Source of the DNA: an uncultured Rhodobacterales bacterium
GTDB lineage: Bacteria; Pseudomonadota; Alphaproteobacteria; Rhodospirillales; Rhodospirillaceae
DNA length: 64,000 nt
Assembly: GCA_964624075.1 (NCBI GenBank)
Contig: CAZUWH010000006.1
Span: 603-64,602 of the forward strand
Direction: 5' to 3'
The notes under the pieces are model-generated. The model was not told the DNA's origin. It saw only the letters and a list, made by a program, of their open reading frames with translations, and searched no databases. Positions 9,265 to 18,080 of the stretch are shown piece by piece (positions within the stretch are counted from its first letter, which is position 1; every line of letters starts with the position of its first letter). A program made the position numbers and the translations under genes.

Positions 9265-10089
9265 TCACGCCTCCGCCTGATCGATCATCTTGCCTTCGAC
9301 ATCGAAGGCAACAGCCGTCAGCACGCCCCCGAACCCGCAGCCGGTATCGAGCGAAACCGTGTGTTTACTGACCATGAGGCCCTTTTCCTTGCGGCTGAAA
9401 CCACGAACGATCCGCCGGAAACCTGAAAAAGGCTCGATAATCTGGGCGAATCCGCTTGCGTTCCACCAGAAACTATCACTTTGCGCCGTCAAAGGCCGGC
9501 TGGGATCAACACCGGTGGCGACGAACAGCAGGGTACGATCATCGGTATAGGCGGCATGACGCAACGCATTCATCAACTGCGTATGGCCATCAGCGGTATT
9601 GACCGCTATGCGCAACACCGCGATCCAGCGGGAGACTGAAACGGCTCCCTCTTCAGCGGTAACCAGTCCTTCTTCAGGCTTCCCGCCATAGGCGATGATG
9701 GTTGGACCGACCCCTTGGGACAGCATCCATTCCAGCACCTGACGTGGATTAGGGGCGAGATGGAGCTGCAACAGCTTGCGCCACATTTCCTCCTGGGCAC
9801 CGCGCAGGAAAACGATATCACTGCAATTCACATCGGGTCTTGCAAGCAACATCCGGCGGAAAAGGAGCAACTCATCTACTGTTGCGCGTACATCCGGTCC
9901 ACAGCCAAGGATATTGCCGAGATAGACAAGCTTGTCACCGGCCCGGAAGCGTGCGCCAATCTGCCGGTGGACGACGGCAAGACGCCTCGCTTCGCCATGA
10001 ATCGCCCCGACTGCCCATACACGTCCTCCCGAACGCAATGAAGCAAAGATATCGCTATTTCCTGAACTATTCTCCGACATGACCGACAT
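9265..10089 (-). CDS. PPP-family (PrpA/ApaH-like) metallophosphoesterase homologue with degenerate active-site motifs
   Basis: Collinear with Ser/Thr phosphatase 1 fold (VWAVGAIHGE, KLVYLGNILGCGPD, VFLRGAQEEM, SLDTGCGFGGVLTAV). GDxHG reads GAIHG, GDxxDRG reads GNILGCG, GNHE reads GAQE. Confidence 0.65.
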   Translation of the reverse strand: MSVMSENSSGNSDIFASLRSGGRVWAVGAIHGEARRLAVVHRQIGARFRAGDKLVYLGNILGCGPDVRATVDELLLFRRMLLARPDVNCSDIVFLRGAQEEMWRKLLQLHLAPNPRQVLEWMLSQGVGPTIIAYGGKPEEGLVTAEEGAVSVSRWIAVLRIAVNTADGHTQLMNALRHAAYTDDRTLLFVATGVDPSRPLTAQSDSFWWNASGFAQIIEPFSGFRRIVRGFSRKEKGLMVSKHTVSLDTGCGFGGVLTAVAFDVEGKMIDQAEA

Positions 10090-10144
10090 GTTGCGTCACG
10101 TCATTTCTTTTCTGTCTTTGCTCATGCGCTGCATAGCCGTGCCT

Positions 10145-10642
10145 TCATGCCGCAGCGAGGAGCTTTTCCAACTTCTGGGTTGCCGCCACCGGATCGATCT
10201 GTTCAACCGCTGCCAGTTCACACGCCAACCGTTCCAGCGCCTGTTCATAGATCTGCCGTTCGCTGTAGGACTGTTCGGGTTGAGTGGCGCCACGGTGCAA
10301 ATCACGCACCACTTCTGCAATCGAAACAGGGTCCCCTGAATTGATCTTGGCCTCGTATTCCTGGGCCCGACGGCTCCACATAGCCCGTTTCACCCGGGCC
10401 CGCCCGCGCAATGTGGACAATGCCGTTTCCATCAACTTCTTGTTGGCCAATCGGCGTAAACCGGAGTTATGGGCCCTGCCGACCGGGACCCGCAGTGTCA
10501 TTCGGTCACGTTCGAAACGAATGACGAAAAGCTCAAGATCAATTCCACCGATGGCCTGTGTCTCAATGGAGACAACCCGTCCAACGCCATGTGTCGGGTA
10601 AACGACAAAGTCACCTGTGGCGAACGGCATTTCCTTCGACAT
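10145..10642 (-). CDS. carD: CarD-family transcriptional regulator
   Basis: FATGDFVVYPTHGVGRVVSIE...ELFVIRFERDRMTLRVPV...RAQEYEAKINSGD is typical of the CarD/CdnL N-terminal domain. fdxA-carD neighbourhood. Confidence 0.85.
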   Translation of the reverse strand: MSKEMPFATGDFVVYPTHGVGRVVSIETQAIGGIDLELFVIRFERDRMTLRVPVGRAHNSGLRRLANKKLMETALSTLRGRARVKRAMWSRRAQEYEAKINSGDPVSIAEVVRDLHRGATQPEQSYSERQIYEQALERLACELAAVEQIDPVAATQKLEKLLAAA

Positions 10643-10923
10643 GATCCCTTACTCATGCTCAGCGACCGATTTCGGCATATCAACTTCCCGCCCGCCATCT
10701 GCAAACGGCCCCCGCCAGATTCATGCCGGATTCATGCAAGATTAAGAGGAAGGCAAGGTTTCTGTTCCCCAGCCGCCCCTCCCCCCCAGGCGACACCGCT
10801 TGCCCGATAACGGATCAACTCGCTCCTTATCCACAAAGTAAGGCCCATCGGTTCACGCGGTTCCACGGCGGCAAACCTGTTCTTTATACCACAACGGTGA
10901 CGTTAGGAACATCGGAAAAGCGC

Positions 10924-10941
10924 AGTACCACTTCGGTGGTA
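10924..10941 (-). terminator. Hairpin just downstream of fdxA (candidate intrinsic terminator)
   Basis: GTACCAC-TTCG-GTGGTAC, 7-bp stem, immediately after the fdxA stop. On the minus strand it is followed by CTGCGCTTTTCC. Confidence 0.45.
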
Positions 10942-10944
10942 CGA

Positions 10945-11292
10945 TCATGCCCCTTTGCCGCTTCCCTTGCCGGGATTGGCACTCAAAAGACCTTCCTTGC
11001 CGCTCTTACCTTTCCACTCTTCAGCGTCAGGAAGAGGGTCACGCTTCTTCGTGATGTTTGGCCATTTCTGAGAATACTCTCGATTGACGGTAAGCCATTT
11101 CTGGGCAAGCGCCTCTGTATCAGGGAAGATCGCCTCAGCCGGGCATTCCGGTTCACAAACACCGCAGTCGATGCATTCATCAGGGCTGATAACGAGAAGA
11201 TTCTCTCCTTCATAAAAGCAGTCAACAGGACAAACTTCCACGCAATCGGTAAACTTGCACTTGATGCAATTTTCAGTAACGACGTAAGTCAT
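10945..11292 (-). CDS. fdxA: 7Fe ferredoxin
   Basis: [55 protein letters not shown]. Confidence 0.95.
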   Translation of the reverse strand: MTYVVTENCIKCKFTDCVEVCPVDCFYEGENLLVISPDECIDCGVCEPECPAEAIFPDTEALAQKWLTVNREYSQKWPNITKKRDPLPDAEEWKGKSGKEGLLSANPGKGSGKGA

Positions 11293-11661
11293 TCTTCCTT
11301 TCTCCCCTTCCGTGTCTTGCCTTGACTTTCCTCAAACACTGCCACCGTTTTGCTACCATGCGGCTTTATGGCTCCCGCCTGCTCTCTATATCGTACAGAC
11401 ACCGCGTCGGCCGAGCCAGAATGCCTCCCCTCGGTTTGCTGCTGCAATCTAGGATCGAAAAAGATACATCACTCTATCAGCCTATCAGACCAAAGCATAT
11501 TAAGCTATTTTCGCGCCAACCAGAATGTCAAAAGGCATGCGGAGCGTCCGTTGATCTGCCTGCAGGCCGGTTTCAGACCGGCAGCCGATCCTGTCCGACC
11601 GTACCGAGGCATTTTCCCGGGTAGTGTCTCAGTTTGAAAAACCGTCCGTCCCACCCCGCGC

Positions 11662-11886
11662 TTGACAGCTCTCGTAAAGAATGTAGCACAATGCTATATT
11701 GCAAGCACGAGCGCGAAACACCCCAAGCGCTCACGCGATCAGAACCAGCTTGCTAAGCTAATCATGGATATCACCACGGGTAAGGCAGAAGACCGGGGGC
11801 CACCGAATCCAGAGGAGGAGGGGAAGGGCCCAAACGCCGCCGCATCAGGACGCCTCGAAGGCCTCCTCTGTGGTCCTGGTATCTAG
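11662..11886 (+). pseudogene. Remnant of a small conserved alphaproteobacterial protein (N-terminal half only)
   Basis: PKRSRDQNQLAKLIMDITTGKAEDR...GKGPNAAASGRLEGL matches my memory of small proteins that continue KGGKARA...EIARKAA..RW. Here the frame stops at GPGI and the expected C-terminal half is garbled. Confidence 0.3.
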
Positions 11887-11945
11887 AACGCAGAACTATT
11901 TTATATCGCGGCAGGCTTGGCAGAAGTAACAACAAACCGCAGGCT

Positions 11946-12826
11946 ATGCAGGAGTGTGGCGATACGGCAGGATGCGCAGGACGTAGAGAATTGTGCAGGT
12001 GGTGCAGGAATGGCATTGACAGCAGATATCAACTCGAGCATAACGCTCAGCGCGAGCAAGCTCCCCACGCCAAGCGCCTTCAAATCCTCGGCCTCCTCTG
12101 CGAAGGATCGTCCCTGCGGTCAGTCTCCCGCGTGGTGGATGTGAGCGTCAACACCGTGACCAAGGTGCTCGTGGATGTGGTGGAACGGCGTGCGCGGCCT
12201 ACCGTGATGAGCACGCTCCGGAGCGTCGTGGTCAACCGCATTCAGTGCGACGAGATTTGGGCGCTCTGCTACGCCAAGCAGGGAAGCGTTGCCGATGCCG
12301 AAGGCCGCACCGGATGGTGCGGGCGACGTGTGGGCCTGGACAGCCTTGGAAGCCTAGAACAAGTTGCTGGCGATCTATCTCGTCGGCGGTCGCAATGGTA
12401 AATACGCCCTGGCTTTCATCGACGATCTTCGCTTACGCTTGGCGAAGCGCATACAATTAAAGATAGATTCATACAAGGCATACCTGTAAGCCGTCGAAGA
12501 GTCGTTCGGTGATGATATCGGCTATGCGATGCTGATGCCATCACCGGTAGGCCCGATGGCACCTACGTCAGCACGAGCTATGTCGAGCAGCAAGAACCTC
12601 GCGATACGCATGCACATGCGCCGATTCACGCGGCCTTGTGAAGTTCTACAACTTCGTCTGCATCCACAAGACGCTGGAAGGTCAAGCCGGCTATGGCTGC
12701 AGGCGTGTCGGAGTGGAGCGTGGACGATATCACTGCGCTCATCGACGCGCGGGCGGAGGCCGAAATTCCAAACTTGAGACACTACCATTTTCCGACTTCT
12801 CTTGCAGGACCGACCATAGTGCGATA
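11946..12826 (+). mobile_element. IS1-like DDE transposase gene, degraded (multiple frameshifts); no terminal repeats identified
   Basis: Blocks in different frames: RLQILGLLCEGSSLRSVSRVVDVSVNTVTKVL, NRIQCDEIWALCYAKQ, NKLLAIYLVGGRNGKYALAFIDDL, HMRRFTR, FYNFVCIHKTLEG, PAMAAGVSEWSVDDITALIDA. Family name is from memory. Confidence 0.6.
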
Positions 12827-12866
12827 GTGTTATCAGACACGAAGAGATCATGACAACAGGGACAGG

Positions 12867-13562
12867 TTGCAGGCCATGAGCTCCAATGTTCACAATGCTC
12901 TTCAGGCCATGATCACAGCCGTCAGCGTCCCGTCCAAATCCGGTGCCGGCGGATGTCCTGAGCACCCGGTCGTTGCCATTGCCCGCGATCACGGGGCGGG
13001 AGGTGAAATCATCGGGGCCATGCTGGCGCAGCGTCTGGGTGTGCGTCTGTACGATCGAGTTATTCTGGAAAAAATCGCCGAGCGCTTGAAGGCCGACCCG
13101 GATTCAGTCCGCGCCCTGGATGAAGGCGTGGGACGCGCCCGGGAATTGTGGCTCTACCGGATGGTGACCGGCATCGACCTCAGCCCGGGGACCTATCGGC
13201 GCCATCTGGTCAATGTCATTCTCAGTCTGGCCAAGATCGGCGGCGTCCTGTGCGGGCGCGGCGCCCATGTCGTTCTTTCCAGCAGTACCGCCCTGCGGCT
13301 GCGTATCACCGGATCGCCACAGGTCTGTGCCGAACGGATCGCCACGGAAGAAAACGTCTCCATCGAGGAAGCCCTGCGCCGAATCGAAGAAGTCAATCAT
13401 AACCGCGGCAAGTTCGTGTGGGACATGTTCCAGTCACGCCTCAATGATCCCACCCAATTCGATCTCGTGATCAATACCGACCGTCTGGACGATCACGAGC
13501 AGGTTGTCGAGATGGTCGTCAGTGCCTATCAGGCCATCAGTGAATGCCGGCATGCGTCCTGA
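12867..13562 (+). CDS. Cytidylate kinase-like family (AAA-type) protein
   Basis: VVAIARDHGAGGEIIGAMLAQRLGVRLYDRVILEKIAERL, then LCGRGAHVVL and FDLVINTDRL, as in the cytidylate kinase-like family. Confidence 0.6.
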   Translation: MQAMSSNVHNALQAMITAVSVPSKSGAGGCPEHPVVAIARDHGAGGEIIGAMLAQRLGVRLYDRVILEKIAERLKADPDSVRALDEGVGRARELWLYRMVTGIDLSPGTYRRHLVNVILSLAKIGGVLCGRGAHVVLSSSTALRLRITGSPQVCAERIATEENVSIEEALRRIEEVNHNRGKFVWDMFQSRLNDPTQFDLVINTDRLDDHEQVVEMVVSAYQAISECRHAS

Positions 13563-13589
13563 GGATTGCAGACATCCCACGTTGCAGAC

Positions 13590-15071
13590 ATGATGGCCCG
13601 CTCTTCCGAGCCTCCCACGATCCATTCAGCCCGCGGTGTTCTGGCTGTGGCCGTGGCGGTCACGGCATGGCGTCTGGCCACGCTGGTTGCCCATCCTCTA
13701 AACCTGTCCTTCGACGAGGCCCAATACTGGATCTGGGCGCAGATGCCGGCCTGGGGCTATTTCTCCAAGCCGCCCATGATCGGATGGGTCATCGCCCTGA
13801 CCACGGGACTGTGCGGAGAGAGCGAACCTTGTGTCCGTCTGGGGGCACCGCTTGCCTATCTAGTTGGCGCTCTTGCTCTTTACGATACCGGACTACGCCT
13901 GTACAACCCGGTGATCGGATTCTGGTCGGCCATCGTGTTCCTGACCCTGCCGGGCGTGGCGTTCTCGGCCATGGTGATCAGTGTCGATGCCCTGCTTCTG
14001 ATGTTCTGGGCCGTGGCTCTGGCGGTGCTGGTTCGTGCTCTGGCGGAAAACCGTCTCATCTGGTGGGGAGTCCTGGGTGGAGTCATCGGTCTGGGGCTTC
14101 TTGCCAAATATGCCATGTTGTTTTTCGTGGTCTCGCTTCTGCTATACCTTGCCTGGTCGCCGGGGCGGTTGCTGCGGACGGCCGGGCCCTGGCTTGCCAT
14201 CATCGTCGCATCTGTCCTTTTTTCCCCCAATCTGTTGTGGAATGTTGCCAACGACTTCGTAACCTGGAAGCATACCGGTGCCAATGCCCACTTAGCGCGT
14301 GACGTTCCGTTCCACCCCGAGGCAGGACTCACCTTCTTTGGCACGCTATTTGTCGTGTTCGGTCCGATCCCGATGGCCGTGTTCATCTGGCTGACAGGAC
14401 GCAGCCGGCAGGTGATCGCCGTAGACAGCAATGCTCGCCTACTCCTATCCCTGGCGCTGCCGGTTCTGGCGGTGATGGGCGTGGAAGCCTTCCTGTCGCG
14501 GGCGCATGCTAACTGGTCAGCGCCGGCCTTCGTGTCGGCAACGGTTCTGGTGGTGGCCTGGCTGGTCCGTTTGAACAAGGTCTGGCTGTTCAAGGGAGCG
14601 CTCGCCCTCCATCTGGCTGCTGCGACGGTGTTGTACAACCTGGACCAGGCTGCCACTGCCGTGGGCTACGCGTTCACGGCCCGGAGTGATCCGTTCAAGC
14701 GGGTCCGTGGCTGGGATGTCATCGGCCACCAATTGCGGCATGTACGCACCGACTATCCGGGAACTGCCCTGTTGTTCGATGCCCGCAAGGTGTTAACGTC
14801 GGTGGTATACTATGCCCGTCCAGCCGCTTTCGACGCGGTGATATGGAACGAGTCCGGCACGGTCAACAATCACTTCGACATGATCACCAACTTGAGCCAG
14901 GCCATCGGTCGCAGCTTCCTGCTGGTAACGGAACACCGTACCGCCGATCATGTCGCACACGCTTTTGTCCGTACCGAGCTGGTGGCCGTGCTGCGGGTGC
15001 CACTTCATGCCGATTTCACGCGCGAGATTCGCGTCTTCCATTGCGACACCTTCCGGGGGTATGCGCGATGA
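13590..15071 (+). CDS. GT39/ArnT-PMT_2-type membrane glycosyltransferase
   Basis: FDEAQYWIWAQMPAWGYFSKPPMIGWVIAL followed by about 10 hydrophobic helices. ATG at 13590 chosen; the ORF opens at TTG 13566. Confidence 0.75.
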   Translation: MMARSSEPPTIHSARGVLAVAVAVTAWRLATLVAHPLNLSFDEAQYWIWAQMPAWGYFSKPPMIGWVIALTTGLCGESEPCVRLGAPLAYLVGALALYDTGLRLYNPVIGFWSAIVFLTLPGVAFSAMVISVDALLLMFWAVALAVLVRALAENRLIWWGVLGGVIGLGLLAKYAMLFFVVSLLLYLAWSPGRLLRTAGPWLAIIVASVLFSPNLLWNVANDFVTWKHTGANAHLARDVPFHPEAGLTFFGTLFVVFGPIPMAVFIWLTGRSRQVIAVDSNARLLLSLALPVLAVMGVEAFLSRAHANWSAPAFVSATVLVVAWLVRLNKVWLFKGALALHLAAATVLYNLDQAATAVGYAFTARSDPFKRVRGWDVIGHQLRHVRTDYPGTALLFDARKVLTSVVYYARPAAFDAVIWNESGTVNNHFDMITNLSQAIGRSFLLVTEHRTADHVAHAFVRTELVAVLRVPLHADFTREIRVFHCDTFRGYAR

Positions 15072-15751
15072 TGAAGGGGTGGGGGCACTGGCTAGTGGCC
15101 TCACCCTGTCGCTGGCTCCTGCCTGGCCTGGTGATCCTGGTGATCTTTCCCGGGATCGATCTGACCGTGAGTGGATGGTTTCTTGCCGACGGACGCTTCT
15201 TTCTGCGTCACCACGGGCTGTTTGAGTTCATACGTACCGCTACGCCACCCCTGACCCTCGGGATTGCGCTGTTCGTGGCCCTCCTGGGAACGGCGGCGGC
15301 AATCTTCCGGCAATCGTTTTTTGGTATTCATCCGCGTGGGGCCATCTATCTCCTCTCCTCCCTGGCGATCGGACCTGGCCTGCTCGCCAACACCCTGTTC
15401 AAGGACCACTGGGGGCGGGCACGCCCCTCCACGCTCATTGCCTTCGGAGGAGACAGAACATTCACCCCCGCGCTGGTCATGGCCGACCAGTGTCGGAGCA
15501 ACTGTTCCTTCGTCTCCGGCCATGCCGCGCTCGCCTTCTGGATGGTGGCTTTTGCCCTACTAGTTCCACCTCTCTGGCGCCGACAGGTCATTCTTGTTGC
15601 GGTATCGTATGGCTTTTTTGTCGGTTTCGTTCGCATGGCACAGGGGGGTCACTTCCTGAGCGATGTCGTTTTCGCCGCGGTCCTGACCATCGGTGTAAGT
15701 TACGGCGTGCATCGCCTGATCATACGTGAGACCGGCGCGCCCAATGTCTGA
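15068..15751 (+). CDS. PAP2-family lipid phosphatase (LpxE/LpxF-like)
   Basis: KDHWGRARP, SFVSGHAA and MAQGGHFLSDV match the three PAP2 motifs (KxxxxxxRP, SGH, SRxxxxxHxxxD-like). The start ATG overlaps the GT39 stop (ATGA at 15068-15071). Confidence 0.8.
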   Translation: MMKGWGHWLVASPCRWLLPGLVILVIFPGIDLTVSGWFLADGRFFLRHHGLFEFIRTATPPLTLGIALFVALLGTAAAIFRQSFFGIHPRGAIYLLSSLAIGPGLLANTLFKDHWGRARPSTLIAFGGDRTFTPALVMADQCRSNCSFVSGHAALAFWMVAFALLVPPLWRRQVILVAVSYGFFVGFVRMAQGGHFLSDVVFAAVLTIGVSYGVHRLIIRETGAPNV

Positions 15752-15800
15752 AGCCGGGCGAGCGCAAGCCATGGCTTACACTCACGGGACCGCCGCGACG

Positions 15801-15903
15801 ACCGCCGTGGCGCGCCCTGAATGGCGCAAAAAACCAAGAGCCGGCGGATGCAGCCCGCCGGTACTCCAAGGGGGCCTTGACCTGTCACGATCAAGGCTCA
15901 AAG
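15801..15903. repeat. Intergenic repeat, copy C
   Basis: Lies between convergent PAP2 and the 165-aa gene. ACCGCCGTGGCGCGCCCTGAATGGCGCAAAAAACCAAGAGCCGGCGGATGCAGCCCGCCGG...GTCACGATCAAGGCTCAAAG aligns with the reverse complement of copy A. Confidence 0.7.
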
Positions 15904-15917
15904 ATGTTATTATGGTA

Positions 15918-16415
15918 TCAGATGTTTGCCGTCGAGCACAGGTGCCACTCATTTCCCTGCAAGCTGAACAGCATGGCCAGTTTCTGCTTGACTCCGTTGT
16001 GAATGACGGCACGGAAGCGGTTGCCGGTGCAGGCGTCTTCCTGCTTGATGACCGGAACCCTGACATGCTTTGACTTAAGACAGCCTTCTGCCTCGCGGGG
16101 GATGGGGGCAGCCACCGATTCCAGCCGTTGGCCATTGATGTGAAGAAAATAGGCCCTCGGCAGACCGTCTTTCACGTCGGCCAGCAGTTCCATCCGCGTG
16201 AAGCGGGATCTGTACAAACCGGCTTCGTGGATTCCATCGGCCATGCCCATGACGAGCGGGCGGAAGGAAATAGCCGCGCATGCAGGTGGCTCTTTTTTCG
16301 GCGTGGCTTCGACCGGCCAACTGTGCACGCTCATGCCGGCCACGAGGGTAAAAAGCACCACACACCCCGCCACTCCGAAGCGGCACAAGCGTGATACGCA
16401 TCTTGATGACGACAT
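15918..16415 (-). CDS. Hypothetical secreted Cys-containing protein
   Basis: ORF with hydrophobic signal-like N-terminus (CRFGVAGCVVLFTLVAGMSVHS). No family recognised. Confidence 0.5.
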   Translation of the reverse strand: MSSSRCVSRLCRFGVAGCVVLFTLVAGMSVHSWPVEATPKKEPPACAAISFRPLVMGMADGIHEAGLYRSRFTRMELLADVKDGLPRAYFLHINGQRLESVAAPIPREAEGCLKSKHVRVPVIKQEDACTGNRFRAVIHNGVKQKLAMLFSLQGNEWHLCSTANI

Positions 16416-16442
16416 GGGATCATCTCCTTATACGAGGAATCG

Positions 16443-16787
16443 TCAGAAGGTTCCCCCGTTCCAGCCCCACAGCCCCCCCTCAGCATTGGCAAACTCGATG
16501 TAGATCCGGTTGCCGGGAATCCCAAGGGTCTTGGTTATGAGATGGCATAAGGCCTTCGAGAGAGTCGCCGTGCGGGACACCGGCAGACCGATGCTTTTCA
16601 GTTCGAGATAGGCAAGCGGCGTCGTTTCAGCCGCGAACATCATGGCCGCAACGGGTTCGATGGCTATCATCACATAACGTTCGGGCTTGCCAAGCTCGGT
16701 TGCCACGGTGCGGGACATTTCTGTCAGCAGCGTCACCTTCGTCGTCTCGTCCATGGGTCGATTAGTTTGTATTTTCAAGACGGGCAT
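16443..16787 (-). CDS. MIF/phenylpyruvate tautomerase-family protein
   Basis: Starts MPVLKIQTN (catalytic Pro1), 114 aa. ...YVMIAIEP...IYIEFANAEGGLWGWNGGTF is typical of the tautomerase/MIF superfamily. Confidence 0.75.
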   Translation of the reverse strand: MPVLKIQTNRPMDETTKVTLLTEMSRTVATELGKPERYVMIAIEPVAAMMFAAETTPLAYLELKSIGLPVSRTATLSKALCHLITKTLGIPGNRIYIEFANAEGGLWGWNGGTF

Positions 16788-16893
16788 AGCGGTTTTCCCC
16801 TTGCTTGCGGAATGGGCGGAACATTATTATACAGAGTCGGGGGAATTCGTGAACCCGGCGCTTCGCGCTGCCTGTACCCTATCGACCATGGTG

Positions 16894-17313
16894 CTATTCC
16901 GCTTCAAAGGACCTCTGCCATAGATCGATACGGACATCGTGCGTCGCCGTCTCTTCAGATTGGTACATGTCCTCCCCCTTGCGGGCTATTGCGCAATTGA
17001 TATCAACGTGATCGACGAAATAGATCGCAATCAGCTTTTCCTTGTCATCGGTAGAATTACCGCGGTGTTTGAGTGTACATCCCTGGACCATTTCCAGAAG
17101 GCTTGCCGCCGCAAGGCGCCCACATGGCCAGGAACGGCCGTTTGAATCGTGACAGATCTGGGCCAGTTCAGGGGTGTCGATCCCATATAACCGGACCGGT
17201 CCACCGCCATTGCAGCGATTATAAGCGCGTCGACCGCCGATCGACAACGTGCTGCCGTTAATGACACAGGCACGACTCGTGACATCGGCAAGTGTCGTCG
17301 TACTCATCAGCAT
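16894..17313 (-). CDS. Thermonuclease (SNase)-like protein, atypical N-terminal motifs
   Basis: VRLYGIDTPE core, W.CG, LWQRSFE tail. The usual DGDT calcium-site motif reads NGST. Start chosen at MLMSTTT (17313) inside ORF 16894..17661; no obvious signal peptide. Confidence 0.55.
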   Translation of the reverse strand: MLMSTTTLADVTSRACVINGSTLSIGGRRAYNRCNGGGPVRLYGIDTPELAQICHDSNGRSWPCGRLAAASLLEMVQGCTLKHRGNSTDDKEKLIAIYFVDHVDINCAIARKGEDMYQSEETATHDVRIDLWQRSFEAE

Positions 17314-17438
17314 AAAACATGGTTGCAAGCGTTTCCTTGCGCATTGCGAGCCTCCCCGTTTTTTGTCTTGGTCAGAACATCCGTACGATATCCGGGTCGG
17401 CCCTTCATGCGGTCGTTGCATCCTAAACCGGACTCTGG

Positions 17439-18080
17439 TTATTCGGTCTGCTCCCGCGATTCCAGCCAGCAGGGCTGATGCTTGAGGATTTCCGCATAGA
17501 CCGGGCACTGCGCGTGATGTGCGCCGGGCAGATAGGCGATGCTCATGAGAAATTCCCTGACCACTTCCGGGCCCATGAACAAGAAGGTGCCACGAAACAG
17601 GTGGATCCATGACTCTACACCGCGCCACACTGCCACTTCCCGCCGCTGGAACTCGATCCAATCGGCAAAGGATCCATATTCGCCCTGTAATGCCATGACC
17701 CGGCGAGCGTTCTCGATCACGGCATCAATCTTGCGCCGATTACGGATGAGAGCTGGATCGGCCAAAAGACACATCCGGCTGGTTTCGTCAAAAGCTGCCA
17801 CCTGTCCTGGTACGAAATCGGCAAACGCACCTCGCAGCGCTTCCCTACGTTTCAGGACCAGGAACCACGACAGGCCGGCCTGGAAAATTTCCAGGCACAG
17901 CCGCTCGAACAGAACCACATCCTCCGTAATCGGGAATCCGTACTCCTGGTCGCGTGATAGGGGCCATGCATAGGATGCCCGGGCGCGAGGTCGCAATACC
18001 AGTTCACGCCTGTTCAAGTTCGACCAGGGTGCCGTTGAAATCCTTCGGATGCAGGAAGATGACCGGCTTACCATGCGCAC
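17439..18080 (-). CDS. tag: DNA-3-methyladenine glycosylase I-like (Tag family); start uncertain
   Basis: LFERLCLEIFQAGLSW, IRNRRKIDAVIENARRV and FMGPEVVREFLMSIAYLPGAHHAQCP are collinear with Tag. The ATG ORF overlaps mce by 77 nt; a CTG/TTG start near 17990 is more likely. Confidence 0.65.
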   Translation of the reverse strand: MRMVSRSSSCIRRISTAPWSNLNRRELVLRPRARASYAWPLSRDQEYGFPITEDVVLFERLCLEIFQAGLSWFLVLKRREALRGAFADFVPGQVAAFDETSRMCLLADPALIRNRRKIDAVIENARRVMALQGEYGSFADWIEFQRREVAVWRGVESWIHLFRGTFLFMGPEVVREFLMSIAYLPGAHHAQCPVYAEILKHQPCWLESREQTE

